A stretch of DNA of 32,000 nt from Candidatus Scalindua sp. (GCA_021777035.1 JAIQZR010000138.1:1-32000); one strand, 5' to 3'. Positions 1 to 8,285 are shown, numbered from the stretch's first letter. Program-made: numbers and translations. The notes: generated from the sequence alone by a model not told the origin.

Positions 1-442
1 GTATGGCTGTTTGTGCAAGTTTGATTATGCCATTTTCTCCTTGATTTTAGGTACTCATTAGCCTTTTGGCTAGATGCGTAAAATCATACGTTTGTGACAG
101 TTCTTCTCAAGATTGTAAAGTTATTTTTTCGCGAACCCTAAGGTGATAAACGATAGAAAATTATTCCTTTATTCTATGCTGCAAAACACTATCAAAGAAG
201 TATATATTGGCGTAAGAAACAAGTACAAAAAAGAAGGAAGAGTTATGCGTTTCGCAAAGGCGATTCGAAGTACTCATAAAGATTGCCAAATTTATCTAAT
301 TTATGTTGATTTTAGTTCATGGAAATTAGTGCATGAGGAAATTAATGCGTGAAAAATTATATCCTCAAATCGAGTAACACGATACTTATTTAATTGACAT
401 GCAAGATAATAGTTGACAGTAATATTTAAAAGGATCGGATGA

Positions 443-2767
443 ATGGAGAAAGAAATAGTAAAATACTCTTGGGTTGAAACTCATAAGGAATTAGTAAAGT
501 TCTTAGCTAATAATCAAAACAATCAAAAACAGCTAATTGACTTGCTTAAAAAAGTCGGAATAACTGGGTTTAAAGATAAAGATTCTAGTGGAGACAATAT
601 TGAACTTGAAGAAATAGACCCATTTACTTTTTTTTGTTATATATACAAACACGGTGACCAAAATAGACTTAATTATCTTCAAAAGATTGCAGAAGAAATC
701 AATATATTACCAATACCAACGGATGATTCTGGAATACCATCAGCTTACGCACAAAAAGTATGGCTATTTCCATATAAAGCGGAAAGAAACAATAATGAGA
801 TTTCTCGTTTATGGAATCTATTCTTTTGCGCTATAGAGAACCGTGTTTCAAATGAACAATTTGAGAATATATTAAAAATAAAAAATATTGGAAAAACGAA
901 ATTAACTGAAGCTCTTTTTAACATTAATCCCGAAAAATATTTTCCAATTGATAAGCCAACAAAACCTTATTTAAAAGAGAAATTAGAAATAGAACCAAAA
1001 TTTAATACATACACTGAATATCTTGATATTTTAAAGAGAATCAGAGGAAGAACGGATGAGCCTTTCTATAAACTTTCATATAAAGCTTCGGAATTGAATA
1101 GCGAAAAGAATAAAGTGAATTACTGGATTTTTCAAGGCAATCCTGACCTTTTTGATTTTGAAACTGCCTTAACCAATAATCTTATAAATGACTGGCATGT
1201 TTCTGCATATAAAGAAGAAATTAAAAAAGGTGACAAAGTAATTCTTTGGATTACGGGGAAAAAGTCAGGTTGCTATGCATTTGCAGAGGTTACACAAGAA
1301 CCAAGAATAAAAGAAACCTCTTCTGACGACCACCTTTGGGAAACTGATAAGAAAAACGAACTTAAAGCAGGAATAAAAGTTACAAACAATCTTGTTTCAA
1401 ACCCAATAACAAAAGAACAAATTGATGATATTGAAGAGTTGTCAGAATTGAAGGTTGGTAATCAAGGAACCAATTTTTCTGCAACGGAAGAAGAATATTT
1501 AACATTACTAAAAATGGCAGAAACAATGAATTCAAAAAAATATTGGCTTTTTGCACCAGGTAAAAACGCTGAAATGTGGGATGAGTTTTGCGAACAAGGT
1601 ATAATGGGCCTTGGTTGGGATACATTAGGAGACTTGAATAATTATAAGACAAAAGAAGAGATTGTTGTAAGGTTACAGGAACTTGAAAATACTAAGGGGT
1701 CTAAAAAAAATGATGCAACCGCAAATTATGAATTTAAGGAAGTCTTGTCAAAAGGTGATGTCGCTATTGTAAAGAAAGGCATAGGAGAATTGCTTGGGTA
1801 TGGTGTGGTAGCTTCAGACTATTTTTTTGATCATACCAGGAATAGTTACCAAAAATGCAGAAAAATTGACTGGAAAAAGAAAGGGAATTGGAAAACTGAT
1901 TTTTCACTTGTGCCAAAAACACTTACTGATATTACAAAATATCCAACAGAACACCCAGATTATGAATATTATTACGAAAGATTACTTGGATTGATGGATG
2001 ATAAAAAGGAGTATAGAATGAACTTTCCGCTTAATACAATTTTTTACGGTCCTCCTGGTACTGGTAAAACCCGTGGTACTATACTTAGAGCAGCACAAAT
2101 AATTGAAAATAGAATTATTACTGATTATGAAGAAGCTATGGAAGTTTTTAACAAATATCTGAGAAAAGAAATTGAGTTCATTACATTTCATCAAAACTAT
2201 AGTTATGAAGACTTTATTCAAGGTTTGAGGCCTGATGTAGATAATGGATCAGAGTTGCGTTTTGAAAGAAAAGATGGTGTTTTTAAACGAATTTCGGACA
2301 GGGCTCATAAGAACTTGTTAGATTCTCAAAATCCTAAAGATTCCAGAAGGAAATTCGAAGACGTTTTTAATGAATATATTAAGCCACTTAAAGAGAAAGA
2401 AGAACTTGAAGTTTGTATGAAAAATGTTTCTTTCTTCATTACAGGTATTACCCCTAAATCAATTGAGTTTCGGAAAAATAAAGGAGAATCACAACATTCA
2501 TTAAGCATCGAAACTCTTCGCAAAATGTATGAAAAAGGTAAAAACGATAATATAATAATAGGAGGGCTGCAACATTATTATGATCCTATTTTAACAAAGC
2601 TGCTAGAAAAAAGTAAAAGTGATGTTAATAAAATAGAACAGAAAAACTACGTCATAATTATTGATGAAATCAACAGGGCAAATATTTCTCGTGTTTTTGG
2701 TGAGTTAATAACGCTTATTGAACCTGACAAACGTTCACACGGCGCAATCCCTCGTTATGTCAATTGA
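443..2767 (+). CDS. McrB-family AAA+ GTPase with two N-terminal EVE/PUA-like modules; 3'-truncated, probable pseudogene
   Basis: 774-aa ORF. Walker A GPPGTGKT lies at about nt 2048-2071. Walker B plus the McrB signature VIIIDEINRANISRVFGELITLIEPDKR lies at about nt 2651-2734. Upstream, YWIFQGNPDLFDF...GDKVILW (about 1115-1440) and KYWLFAPGKNAEMWDEF...GDVAIVKKG (about 1538-1900) look like EVE/PUA-like reader modules. The ORF stops 10 codons after DKR, so the rest of the AAA+ domain is missing, and no McrC-like gene follows. Confidence 0.8.
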   Translation: MEKEIVKYSWVETHKELVKFLANNQNNQKQLIDLLKKVGITGFKDKDSSGDNIELEEIDPFTFFCYIYKHGDQNRLNYLQKIAEEINILPIPTDDSGIPSAYAQKVWLFPYKAERNNNEISRLWNLFFCAIENRVSNEQFENILKIKNIGKTKLTEALFNINPEKYFPIDKPTKPYLKEKLEIEPKFNTYTEYLDILKRIRGRTDEPFYKLSYKASELNSEKNKVNYWIFQGNPDLFDFETALTNNLINDWHVSAYKEEIKKGDKVILWITGKKSGCYAFAEVTQEPRIKETSSDDHLWETDKKNELKAGIKVTNNLVSNPITKEQIDDIEELSELKVGNQGTNFSATEEEYLTLLKMAETMNSKKYWLFAPGKNAEMWDEFCEQGIMGLGWDTLGDLNNYKTKEEIVVRLQELENTKGSKKNDATANYEFKEVLSKGDVAIVKKGIGELLGYGVVASDYFFDHTRNSYQKCRKIDWKKKGNWKTDFSLVPKTLTDITKYPTEHPDYEYYYERLLGLMDDKKEYRMNFPLNTIFYGPPGTGKTRGTILRAAQIIENRIITDYEEAMEVFNKYLRKEIEFITFHQNYSYEDFIQGLRPDVDNGSELRFERKDGVFKRISDRAHKNLLDSQNPKDSRRKFEDVFNEYIKPLKEKEELEVCMKNVSFFITGITPKSIEFRKNKGESQHSLSIETLRKMYEKGKNDNIIIGGLQHYYDPILTKLLEKSKSDVNKIEQKNYVIIIDEINRANISRVFGELITLIEPDKRSHGAIPRYVN

Positions 2768-2801
2768 AAAGTGTACCAGGTGGCAAAGCAAAAGTGTACC
2801 A
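2767..2801. repeat. 12-nt direct repeat AAAAGTGTACCA x2 at the McrB truncation point (possible transposon-end binding sites)
   Basis: Identical 12-mers at 2767-2778 and 2790-2801 with an 11-nt spacer. They begin exactly at the premature stop of the McrB-like ORF. Confidence 0.6.
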
Positions 2802-2839
2802 CACGATATAAAAGAATACATACGATATTAACAAGTCAT

Positions 2840-2900
2840 GGGAATCTGCGGTGCAACGGAAGAAGCCCGTAGGGCGACTGGAGTTGCACCGCAGATTCCC
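2840..2900. repeat. Perfect 18-bp inverted repeat (61-nt hairpin), unclassified
   Basis: GGGAATCTGCGGTGCAAC (2840-2857) is the exact reverse complement of GTTGCACCGCAGATTCCC (2883-2900). The 25-nt loop contains a nested GCCC-GTA-GGGC mini-hairpin (2865-2875). Confidence 0.7.
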
Positions 2901-3036
2901 CGCCCCTCGGATTATTCCCACAGGTATCAACGCAAGATGAATACCTGCTTGATATTGTATTATTAAGCCTTTTCCCTCTTTTTCATGCTTTGCTTAAATC
3001 GATAGCTTTTCGCCATTGAGTGTAAGAATATTATAA

Positions 3037-3349
3037 TGGACTGGGATTTTCGGACCACTAGCGAAGATGCATTTTTGATGTTAAGATATCAAAAAGGAGG
3101 TCTGGAAATGAGAAAAAGTTTTAGTGCGGAATTTATGGCGAAAGTGGCATTGGAAGCAATAAAAGAAGAAAAGGCAATAGCAGAGTTGTCGTCGAAATAC
3201 GAAGTTCACAGGACACAAATAGCAAATTGGCGTAAACGTGTATTAGTAGGTGTTAGAGAAATTTTCAAAGGGAAACTGGAAAAGGTAAACAAAAAAAATG
3301 AGAAGATGGTCGATGAACTGTATAGACAGATCGGGCACCTGAAAGCCCA
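3037..3349 (+). mobile_element. IS3-family insertion sequence fragment (left end plus 5' part of orfA only)
   Basis: A candidate left terminus TGGACTGGGATTTTCGGACCAC starts with TG at 3037. A Shine-Dalgarno AAAGGAGG lies at 3093-3100 and an ATG at 3108. The product MRKSFSAEFMAKVALEAIKEEKAIAELSSKYEVHRTQIANWRKR... is a typical IS3/IS911-type OrfA helix-turn-helix. Similarity ends near 3345-3350, inside the leucine-zipper region. No OrfB/DDE part and no right end are present. Confidence 0.75.
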
Positions 3350-3479
3350 CTTTCTCCGGGCCGTTATGCTTTCTACTTTGGTAAGTCCTTACGGGAATAT
3401 GATGTTGTGTTCACTGCTTCGCATGGGAGGCAAGCCTGGGCATATTACTTTGAAATATACGAAAATTCTGCTCCAATAA
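3108..3479 (+). pseudogene. IS3-family transposase OrfA, truncated and fused to unrelated sequence
   Basis: The first ~80 codons are OrfA-like, up to ...MVDELYRQIGHLKA. The remainder (HFLRAVMLSTLV...) has no OrfA character. Confidence 0.7.
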
Positions 3480-3751
3480 CGGATGCCATACAAACTGCAA
3501 CAAATATTCCCTCTTCAGTATTTGTCACCAAGACATCTAACATATATCACAATTCCAATTGTCCAGAACTAAGCACAGAAGATCTAGTTGAATTTGCTAC
3601 ATCACAAAAAGCGCAAGAGGCCGGTGGTGTACCGTGTAAGACTTGTAATCCGAAGTCTTCATCTGAAGAAAATACGACGGGAGATAAACCTGGCAAATCA
3701 CGCACTACATATGAATGGACAGGATGGAAGTCTTTGTTTGAAAATAAATAA
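3326..3751 (+). pseudogene. 5'-truncated gene ending in an Ada-like (H/C-x3-C...C-x2-C) zinc-ribbon domain
   Basis: The frame is open from 3326 with no credible start; the ORF track gives 3407-3751 from GTG. The C-terminal motif is NIYHNSNCPELSTEDLVEFATSQKAQEAGGVPCKTCNP. The upstream part abuts the IS3 fragment. Confidence 0.55.
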
Positions 3752-3899
3752 AAAATATCACTAATACATTTCGATGATTATGAGGTGTCGCAATGAAATT
3801 GAATAAGTTTATTTAAAATCGTTTACTATAGCCTTTTTATCCTCATTCATTTTATCTGGTGCAAGCGCAGTAGAAAACGCTATAGCTCCTAATGGAAAA

Positions 3900-5165
3900 T
3901 TGGGAGAATTAAGACACGGAACTTTTCCATCCCCCCCTCTTGGTAATTTTACTCATGTTGGTGTGGATATTGTTGCCCCATGTGGAAGCAATATTTACGC
4001 TTTTGCAGATGGCCAGGTTAAGGATATTATAGATAACACCAATGATGAAAATTTTAATACCTTGGGTTATATGGTACTAATAGAACATCCCGCATCACTT
4101 ATTGGTAAAACGTTTTATACACTTTTTCTGCACATGCAAAGCCCACCTGATGTAGCTAAATTAAAGACAAAGTATGGAGAAATTGAAGTAAATATTGACA
4201 CCATTACATCCTTTAACAAAGGTGTCTTAATTTTAAATGACCAAAGCAAGTTGTCAGGAAGTTTTACTGATGGAAATATAACGATCAAAACTTCATACGC
4301 AAAGTTTAGCCTTCCTATATCAGAAATCATTGCTATTTCTACTGAAGCAACTACTACTCCAAGCCAGGAAATAACTGCTCCTACTCAAGGTACAAAATCC
4401 ACAGTAAAGAGATTAAGCCGTGATAAAGCTAAAGAGGTTTTGAAAAACCTTGTGACTACAAAGCGTTGGTGTGCTTTCCCTGGAAAATGTCCAGATAAAA
4501 GTATTAGCATACCAAATGTTTACGGATTTTATTTAGAAGCTTCCAGTGCTGGGATAGAGGTTAGCAGAGAGACATTGATATCCTATTTGTCATGTTTAGA
4601 AAATAAAGGGCTTGTTAAAAACTTGAGTGTGAAAAAAGGAAGAAAAGAAGGTTTTTCTGGCTGGGATGCGTGGTTCGAGACTACAACAACTGGTGAGCCA
4701 TGGCAATTAACGGAGATGGGACAAAAGTATTTAACCGATAACCTGGACTATTCTTTACAGGTTGCTGTTGACAAGATTACAGGCATTCAGTTCAGTAATG
4801 AATACACTGTTACCAAAGTCTTTTTCGACGCTACGATAAAAAGTAGTAATAATCCATTTAACAAGTGTTTTGAAGATTATTTTGATGTTCATAGCTTATT
4901 AAACTACCCTTATGCACTGTTTGAGCTTTTTGATGATGGATGGCGTGTTAAAGAATGGCATAGTGGCGGTAAATTGAAAGAAAGAGTGCAACCGTCTACG
5001 AAGCAATTGGAGAAAACTACTGCTAGTGCCAACACTGACAAATCAGATTTAATTTTAGGCCGTCATGAACATGAAGCTGGAGTGATTGAGTACTTCGTAG
5101 ATGGTACTTTTATGTTACATATGCCTACGGGGGAGTATAAAAAAAGGCAGGCAATTGGAACATAA
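3900..5165 (+). CDS. Degenerate LytM/M23-like domain protein with a large uncharacterised C-terminal region (possibly part of a decayed longer gene, 3792-5522)
   Basis: The N-terminus FTHVGVDIVAPCGSNIYAFADGQV...GYMVLIEHPA...TLFLHMQ matches the M23 HxxxD segment and the following beta-strands. The terminal GPHLHFE-type HxH motif is absent. The start is TTG. A signal-peptide-like stretch lies upstream in frame but is interrupted by stops. Confidence 0.6.
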   Translation: MGELRHGTFPSPPLGNFTHVGVDIVAPCGSNIYAFADGQVKDIIDNTNDENFNTLGYMVLIEHPASLIGKTFYTLFLHMQSPPDVAKLKTKYGEIEVNIDTITSFNKGVLILNDQSKLSGSFTDGNITIKTSYAKFSLPISEIIAISTEATTTPSQEITAPTQGTKSTVKRLSRDKAKEVLKNLVTTKRWCAFPGKCPDKSISIPNVYGFYLEASSAGIEVSRETLISYLSCLENKGLVKNLSVKKGRKEGFSGWDAWFETTTTGEPWQLTEMGQKYLTDNLDYSLQVAVDKITGIQFSNEYTVTKVFFDATIKSSNNPFNKCFEDYFDVHSLLNYPYALFELFDDGWRVKEWHSGGKLKERVQPSTKQLEKTTASANTDKSDLILGRHEHEAGVIEYFVDGTFMLHMPTGEYKKRQAIGT

Positions 5166-5522
5166 ATGGAGATATCCTTACATTGCGTTTTTACATTCAT
5201 CCAAAACCATACAAATATTAAGATATTAGAACTCTCTGCAACCACGTATAAAATTGTGAGAATTAGTAGTGCCGAAAAGGATGCTTACAATAGTACAAAA
5301 AGTATAGAATCCACAGAACAATCTTCAGTATATACTACAGAAAATAGTGATAAGTCAGACAGTCCTAATAAAGCTTCATACTCCGTATTTGCCTCAAGTG
5401 ACTCTAATCTATATCACAAATCTAATTGTTCTAAACTGAACACTAAAGATTTAATAGAATTTAGCTCTCCTAAAAAAGCACGTAAATCTGGAGGTGCACC
5501 TTGTAGCAATTGTAATCCATAA
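5166..5522 (+). CDS. Small protein with C-terminal Ada-like zinc ribbon; same frame as the preceding ORF, separated by one TAA
   Basis: Contains NLYHKSNCSKLNTKDLIEFSSPKKARKSGGAPCSNCNP, paralogous to the motif at about 3545-3655. The ATG at 5166 directly follows the TAA at 5163-5165 in the same reading frame. Confidence 0.5.
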   Translation: MEISLHCVFTFIQNHTNIKILELSATTYKIVRISSAEKDAYNSTKSIESTEQSSVYTTENSDKSDSPNKASYSVFASSDSNLYHKSNCSKLNTKDLIEFSSPKKARKSGGAPCSNCNP

Positions 5523-5527
5523 AGAGA

Positions 5528-5947
5528 TTATTGTAAGGTGCTTTCTTTAAGGACTATATCTTGCTTGGGTGAGACCGCATGCAAAAGTTCATTAAATTTT
5601 TCAACGGAAGGAATAGATTTACCACGTTCGTATCTGGCAAAGGCATTTCGCGAAGAAGCGCCTATTCTTTCAGCTACCTGCGCTAAAGAGAGTCCGCTAA
5701 GTTCTCGTTTTCTTTGAAGAAGAATACTAACCAAGGTCCTTGTATCCTCAGAACCGATCTCGAAATATTCTTGTCGGTTTGAGTAAATTGACACATGAAA
5801 TCCTTCCTTATCAGCCATGGTCTCAATCAAATCCCCCACCATTTCAAAAGCCTCTTTCCTTGAATACCCTTGAGTCATTACATCAAGAATAGGTATTTCC
5901 GCCAACCAGAATTTGCCATTTTTGTAAATCTTTCCACTAAATCTCAT
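5528..5947 (-). CDS. hicB: HicB-family antitoxin with C-terminal XRE-type HTH
   Basis: The N-terminal HicB fold pattern is KNGKFWLAEIPILDVMTQGYSRKEAFEMVGDLIE. The C-terminal HTH is LSGLSLAQVAERIGASSRNAFARYERGKSIPS. It lies 3 nt downstream of hicA. Confidence 0.85.
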   Translation of the reverse strand: MRFSGKIYKNGKFWLAEIPILDVMTQGYSRKEAFEMVGDLIETMADKEGFHVSIYSNRQEYFEIGSEDTRTLVSILLQRKRELSGLSLAQVAERIGASSRNAFARYERGKSIPSVEKFNELLHAVSPKQDIVLKESTLQ

Positions 5948-5950
5948 ATA

Positions 5951-6142
5951 TTAACATCCTTTCTTTATTCTTCTAATAATGGCACGCGCAAGCATTTCAT
6001 TAATTTCAACGTGCCTTGGGACATATTCTTGATGCTCTCCATCAGTCCAGACATCATGTTTACGCCCATGCCTCAAAAACCACCATCCAAGCTTTCTAAG
6101 TGTATTTTCCAAAGCCTTACGTTTCATAGTTTTATTGTACAC
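5951..6142 (-). CDS. hicA: HicA-family mRNA interferase toxin
   Basis: MKRKALENTLRKLGWWFLRHGRKHDVWTDGEH...VPRH is typical of HicA/YcfA. The likely true start is the ATG at 6127 rather than 6142. Confidence 0.85.
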   Translation of the reverse strand: MYNKTMKRKALENTLRKLGWWFLRHGRKHDVWTDGEHQEYVPRHVEINEMLARAIIRRIKKGC

Positions 6143-6416
6143 ATATATGTATACGTGTCAAGCTGTTATAATTTTTGTGTAACGTCAAAAGGAGCTTGAA
6201 ATTATGGTTGACAACAACTAACACAACCATTAGAATTTCCTACTAAAATTATACTTGTATTGGCTGATAGTATGAGAAACTAAACACTTATGCAAAGTAA
6301 TTTCATAAACATTCCCGCCTTATTCACTTTTTCTGAATATACCATCATTTCAGCACTATTGAATACTTGATCTTTTTTGTTTTTCGCCATAAATTTCTTA
6401 GATTAAAAGATTGTAA

Positions 6417-6800
6417 ATGTATACAGGCATAGATATTATTGAGATCAGCAGGATAGAGAAGGTCTTTGGTTCACACAAAGACTTTCTTGGAAGGGTTTAT
6501 ACGTCTGATGAGGTGAAATATTGCCAAGCCAAAAAGAACTGTTATCAGCACTACGCAGTACGTTTTGCTTCAAAAGAGGCCGTACTCAAGGCGTTTGGAA
6601 CCGGTTTAAGAGACAGGATAAAGTGGACTGATATAGAAACGCTGAATGATGAACTTGGAAAGCCTTATGTAAATCTATACGGTAGAGCGAAAGAGATTGC
6701 AACAGAGAAAAATATCGGCGAAATTTCGGTTTCGTTATCACATTGTAAAGAATATGCAATTGCGCACGTATTATTAATACCTGAGAAATCTCATGAATAA
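6417..6800 (+). CDS. acpS: Holo-[acyl-carrier-protein] synthase (4'-phosphopantetheinyl transferase, AcpS type)
   Basis: 127 aa. Motifs: GIDIIEISRIEK..., FASKEAVLKAFGTG, GKPYV, SLSHCKEYAIAHVLL. Confidence 0.9.
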   Translation: MYTGIDIIEISRIEKVFGSHKDFLGRVYTSDEVKYCQAKKNCYQHYAVRFASKEAVLKAFGTGLRDRIKWTDIETLNDELGKPYVNLYGRAKEIATEKNIGEISVSLSHCKEYAIAHVLLIPEKSHE

Positions 6801-6809
6801 GAGAAAAAA

Positions 6810-8285
6810 ATGAAAAAACTAATTCTCATAAACCCTCACCCGATAGGTAATGTTGGCGAGGAAAATGTTTCAGTACTAAATCAGATGCCGGTAAATCTGG
6901 GATATTTGAAAGCGTTAACTCCTGGCAACTGGGAGGTGGACATAATAGATGAAACCCAGGAACTGTCGGTAGATGAAAAAGGTGAAAATGTCTGCTTTGA
7001 CAAGACGAATGTCGCCCTGGTTGGAATAACGTCCGTAAGTTATCAGGCAAACAGGGCATATCAGATTGCTACAGCATGCAAAAAAAGTGGAATACCAGTA
7101 ATAATGGGAGGAGTACACGCAACAAGCTATCCGGAAGAGGCAGCCAAATATGTTGACTCTGTGGTAATAAGAGAAGCGGTTCCTATATGGGAACAGATAA
7201 TTTCTGATTTCGAAAACAATGAGCTCAAGCCAACATATGACGGAGGCTTGACTCCTATGGAAACATACAAGAACCTTCTGCCAGATAGAAAGTTTTTGAC
7301 GGACAAGTATAAATACCGATACTCCGGCATAATTACAACTGCAGGCTGCCCGTTCAGTTGTGAGTTCTGCTCCGTTCCACAGTTCCAGGGAAGAAAATAC
7401 AGAGAGAGGCCTGTAGATGATGTTCTCAATGAGCTTGAGGCAATTAAAGGGCAGTATAGAGGCCTCATCCTGACAGATGAAAATTTCTACGGCCACAGCA
7501 AAAAGTCGTATGAAAGAGTCAGAACCCTTTTTAAAGGAATGGTCGATAGAGGTATTTACCAGAATTGGTTTGGGTTTACCTCATTAAACATCTATCAAGA
7601 TGATGAAACGTTGGACTATATGGCAAAGAGTGGATGTGTGGGTGTGCTCATTGGCATTGAATCTATAAATGAAGATGCATTAAAATCAATGAATAAAGGT
7701 GTTAATCTCCGTATAACAATAGATAAATACAAGGAAGCAATAAAGAATATACGGAAGCATGGCCTTGCTGTCTGGGGAACTATGGTATTCGGAAACGACA
7801 ATGATACACCAGATACATTTAAAGATGTAGTTGATTTTATATTGGATGCTAAGATAGACATAATGACCTGTGGTATATTGTGCCCATTTATCAATACACC
7901 ATTACAACAGAGGCTTGATAGAGACAACAGGCTGTTCAGAACTAACTTTCCTGAAGACTGGATTTATTACACATCACATCACTTAACGTATGTTTTGTCT
8001 AAGCTCTCACTTCAGGAATTTATTGATGGCATAGAGTATGTTTATAACAACATATATTCGACCGAAGTAATCAGGAAAAAGTTCAGAGAAGCAAAAGATG
8101 AACTCAACAATCTCAATGCCGCAATGTTTGCGTTCAGGGTCAATCTAGACTGGCAGGATGTATACAAACATCTGTTAGAAAACCTGAGAGAGCTGCAAGC
8201 TTCGGGAGATTATGAAAAGGCCCTGGAACGTTACGAAACACTGAAAAACCAGAAAAACCTGGACATGGCAAATACTAAGATTTAG
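6810..8285 (+). CDS. B12-binding-domain radical SAM enzyme (class B; BchE/HpnP-like)
   Basis: N-terminal cobalamin-binding-like segment VALVGITSVSYQANRAYQIATACKKSGIPVIMGGVHATSYPEE. CxxxCxxC cluster motif GCPFSCEFC, with Cys codons at 7347-7349, 7359-7361 and 7368-7370. The start is 9 nt after the acpS stop. Confidence 0.88.
   Translation: MKKLILINPHPIGNVGEENVSVLNQMPVNLGYLKALTPGNWEVDIIDETQELSVDEKGENVCFDKTNVALVGITSVSYQANRAYQIATACKKSGIPVIMGGVHATSYPEEAAKYVDSVVIREAVPIWEQIISDFENNELKPTYDGGLTPMETYKNLLPDRKFLTDKYKYRYSGIITTAGCPFSCEFCSVPQFQGRKYRERPVDDVLNELEAIKGQYRGLILTDENFYGHSKKSYERVRTLFKGMVDRGIYQNWFGFTSLNIYQDDETLDYMAKSGCVGVLIGIESINEDALKSMNKGVNLRITIDKYKEAIKNIRKHGLAVWGTMVFGNDNDTPDTFKDVVDFILDAKIDIMTCGILCPFINTPLQQRLDRDNRLFRTNFPEDWIYYTSHHLTYVLSKLSLQEFIDGIEYVYNNIYSTEVIRKKFREAKDELNNLNAAMFAFRVNLDWQDVYKHLLENLRELQASGDYEKALERYETLKNQKNLDMANTKI

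Noticed and set aside
143-352. 69-aa ORF upstream of the McrB-like gene
   Set aside because: It has a GTG start, no recognisable motif, Lys/Ile-rich composition typical of AT-rich non-coding DNA and no Shine-Dalgarno sequence. I cannot support it as a gene.
654-2523. Short ORFs inside or antisense to the McrB-like gene (654-836, 1380-1652, 1982-2221, 2326-2523)
   Set aside because: These are shadow or alternative-frame ORFs fully contained in a long ORF with clear domain signatures. Their composition is low-complexity.
2840-2900. Integron attC site or group II intron domain as the identity of the 18-bp hairpin
   Set aside because: The arms (..GTGCAAC / GTTGCAC..) do not fit the RYYYAAC/GTTRRRY core consensus. 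No integrase gene is present. No domain V-like sequence is recognisable.
3792-5522. Alternative genetic code (stop-codon reassignment) as the explanation for the in-frame TAA/TAG codons
   Set aside because: All other genes in the window terminate normally at TAA/TAG/TGA and have family-typical lengths, so global reassignment is not credible. Local decay or a split gene is more likely.
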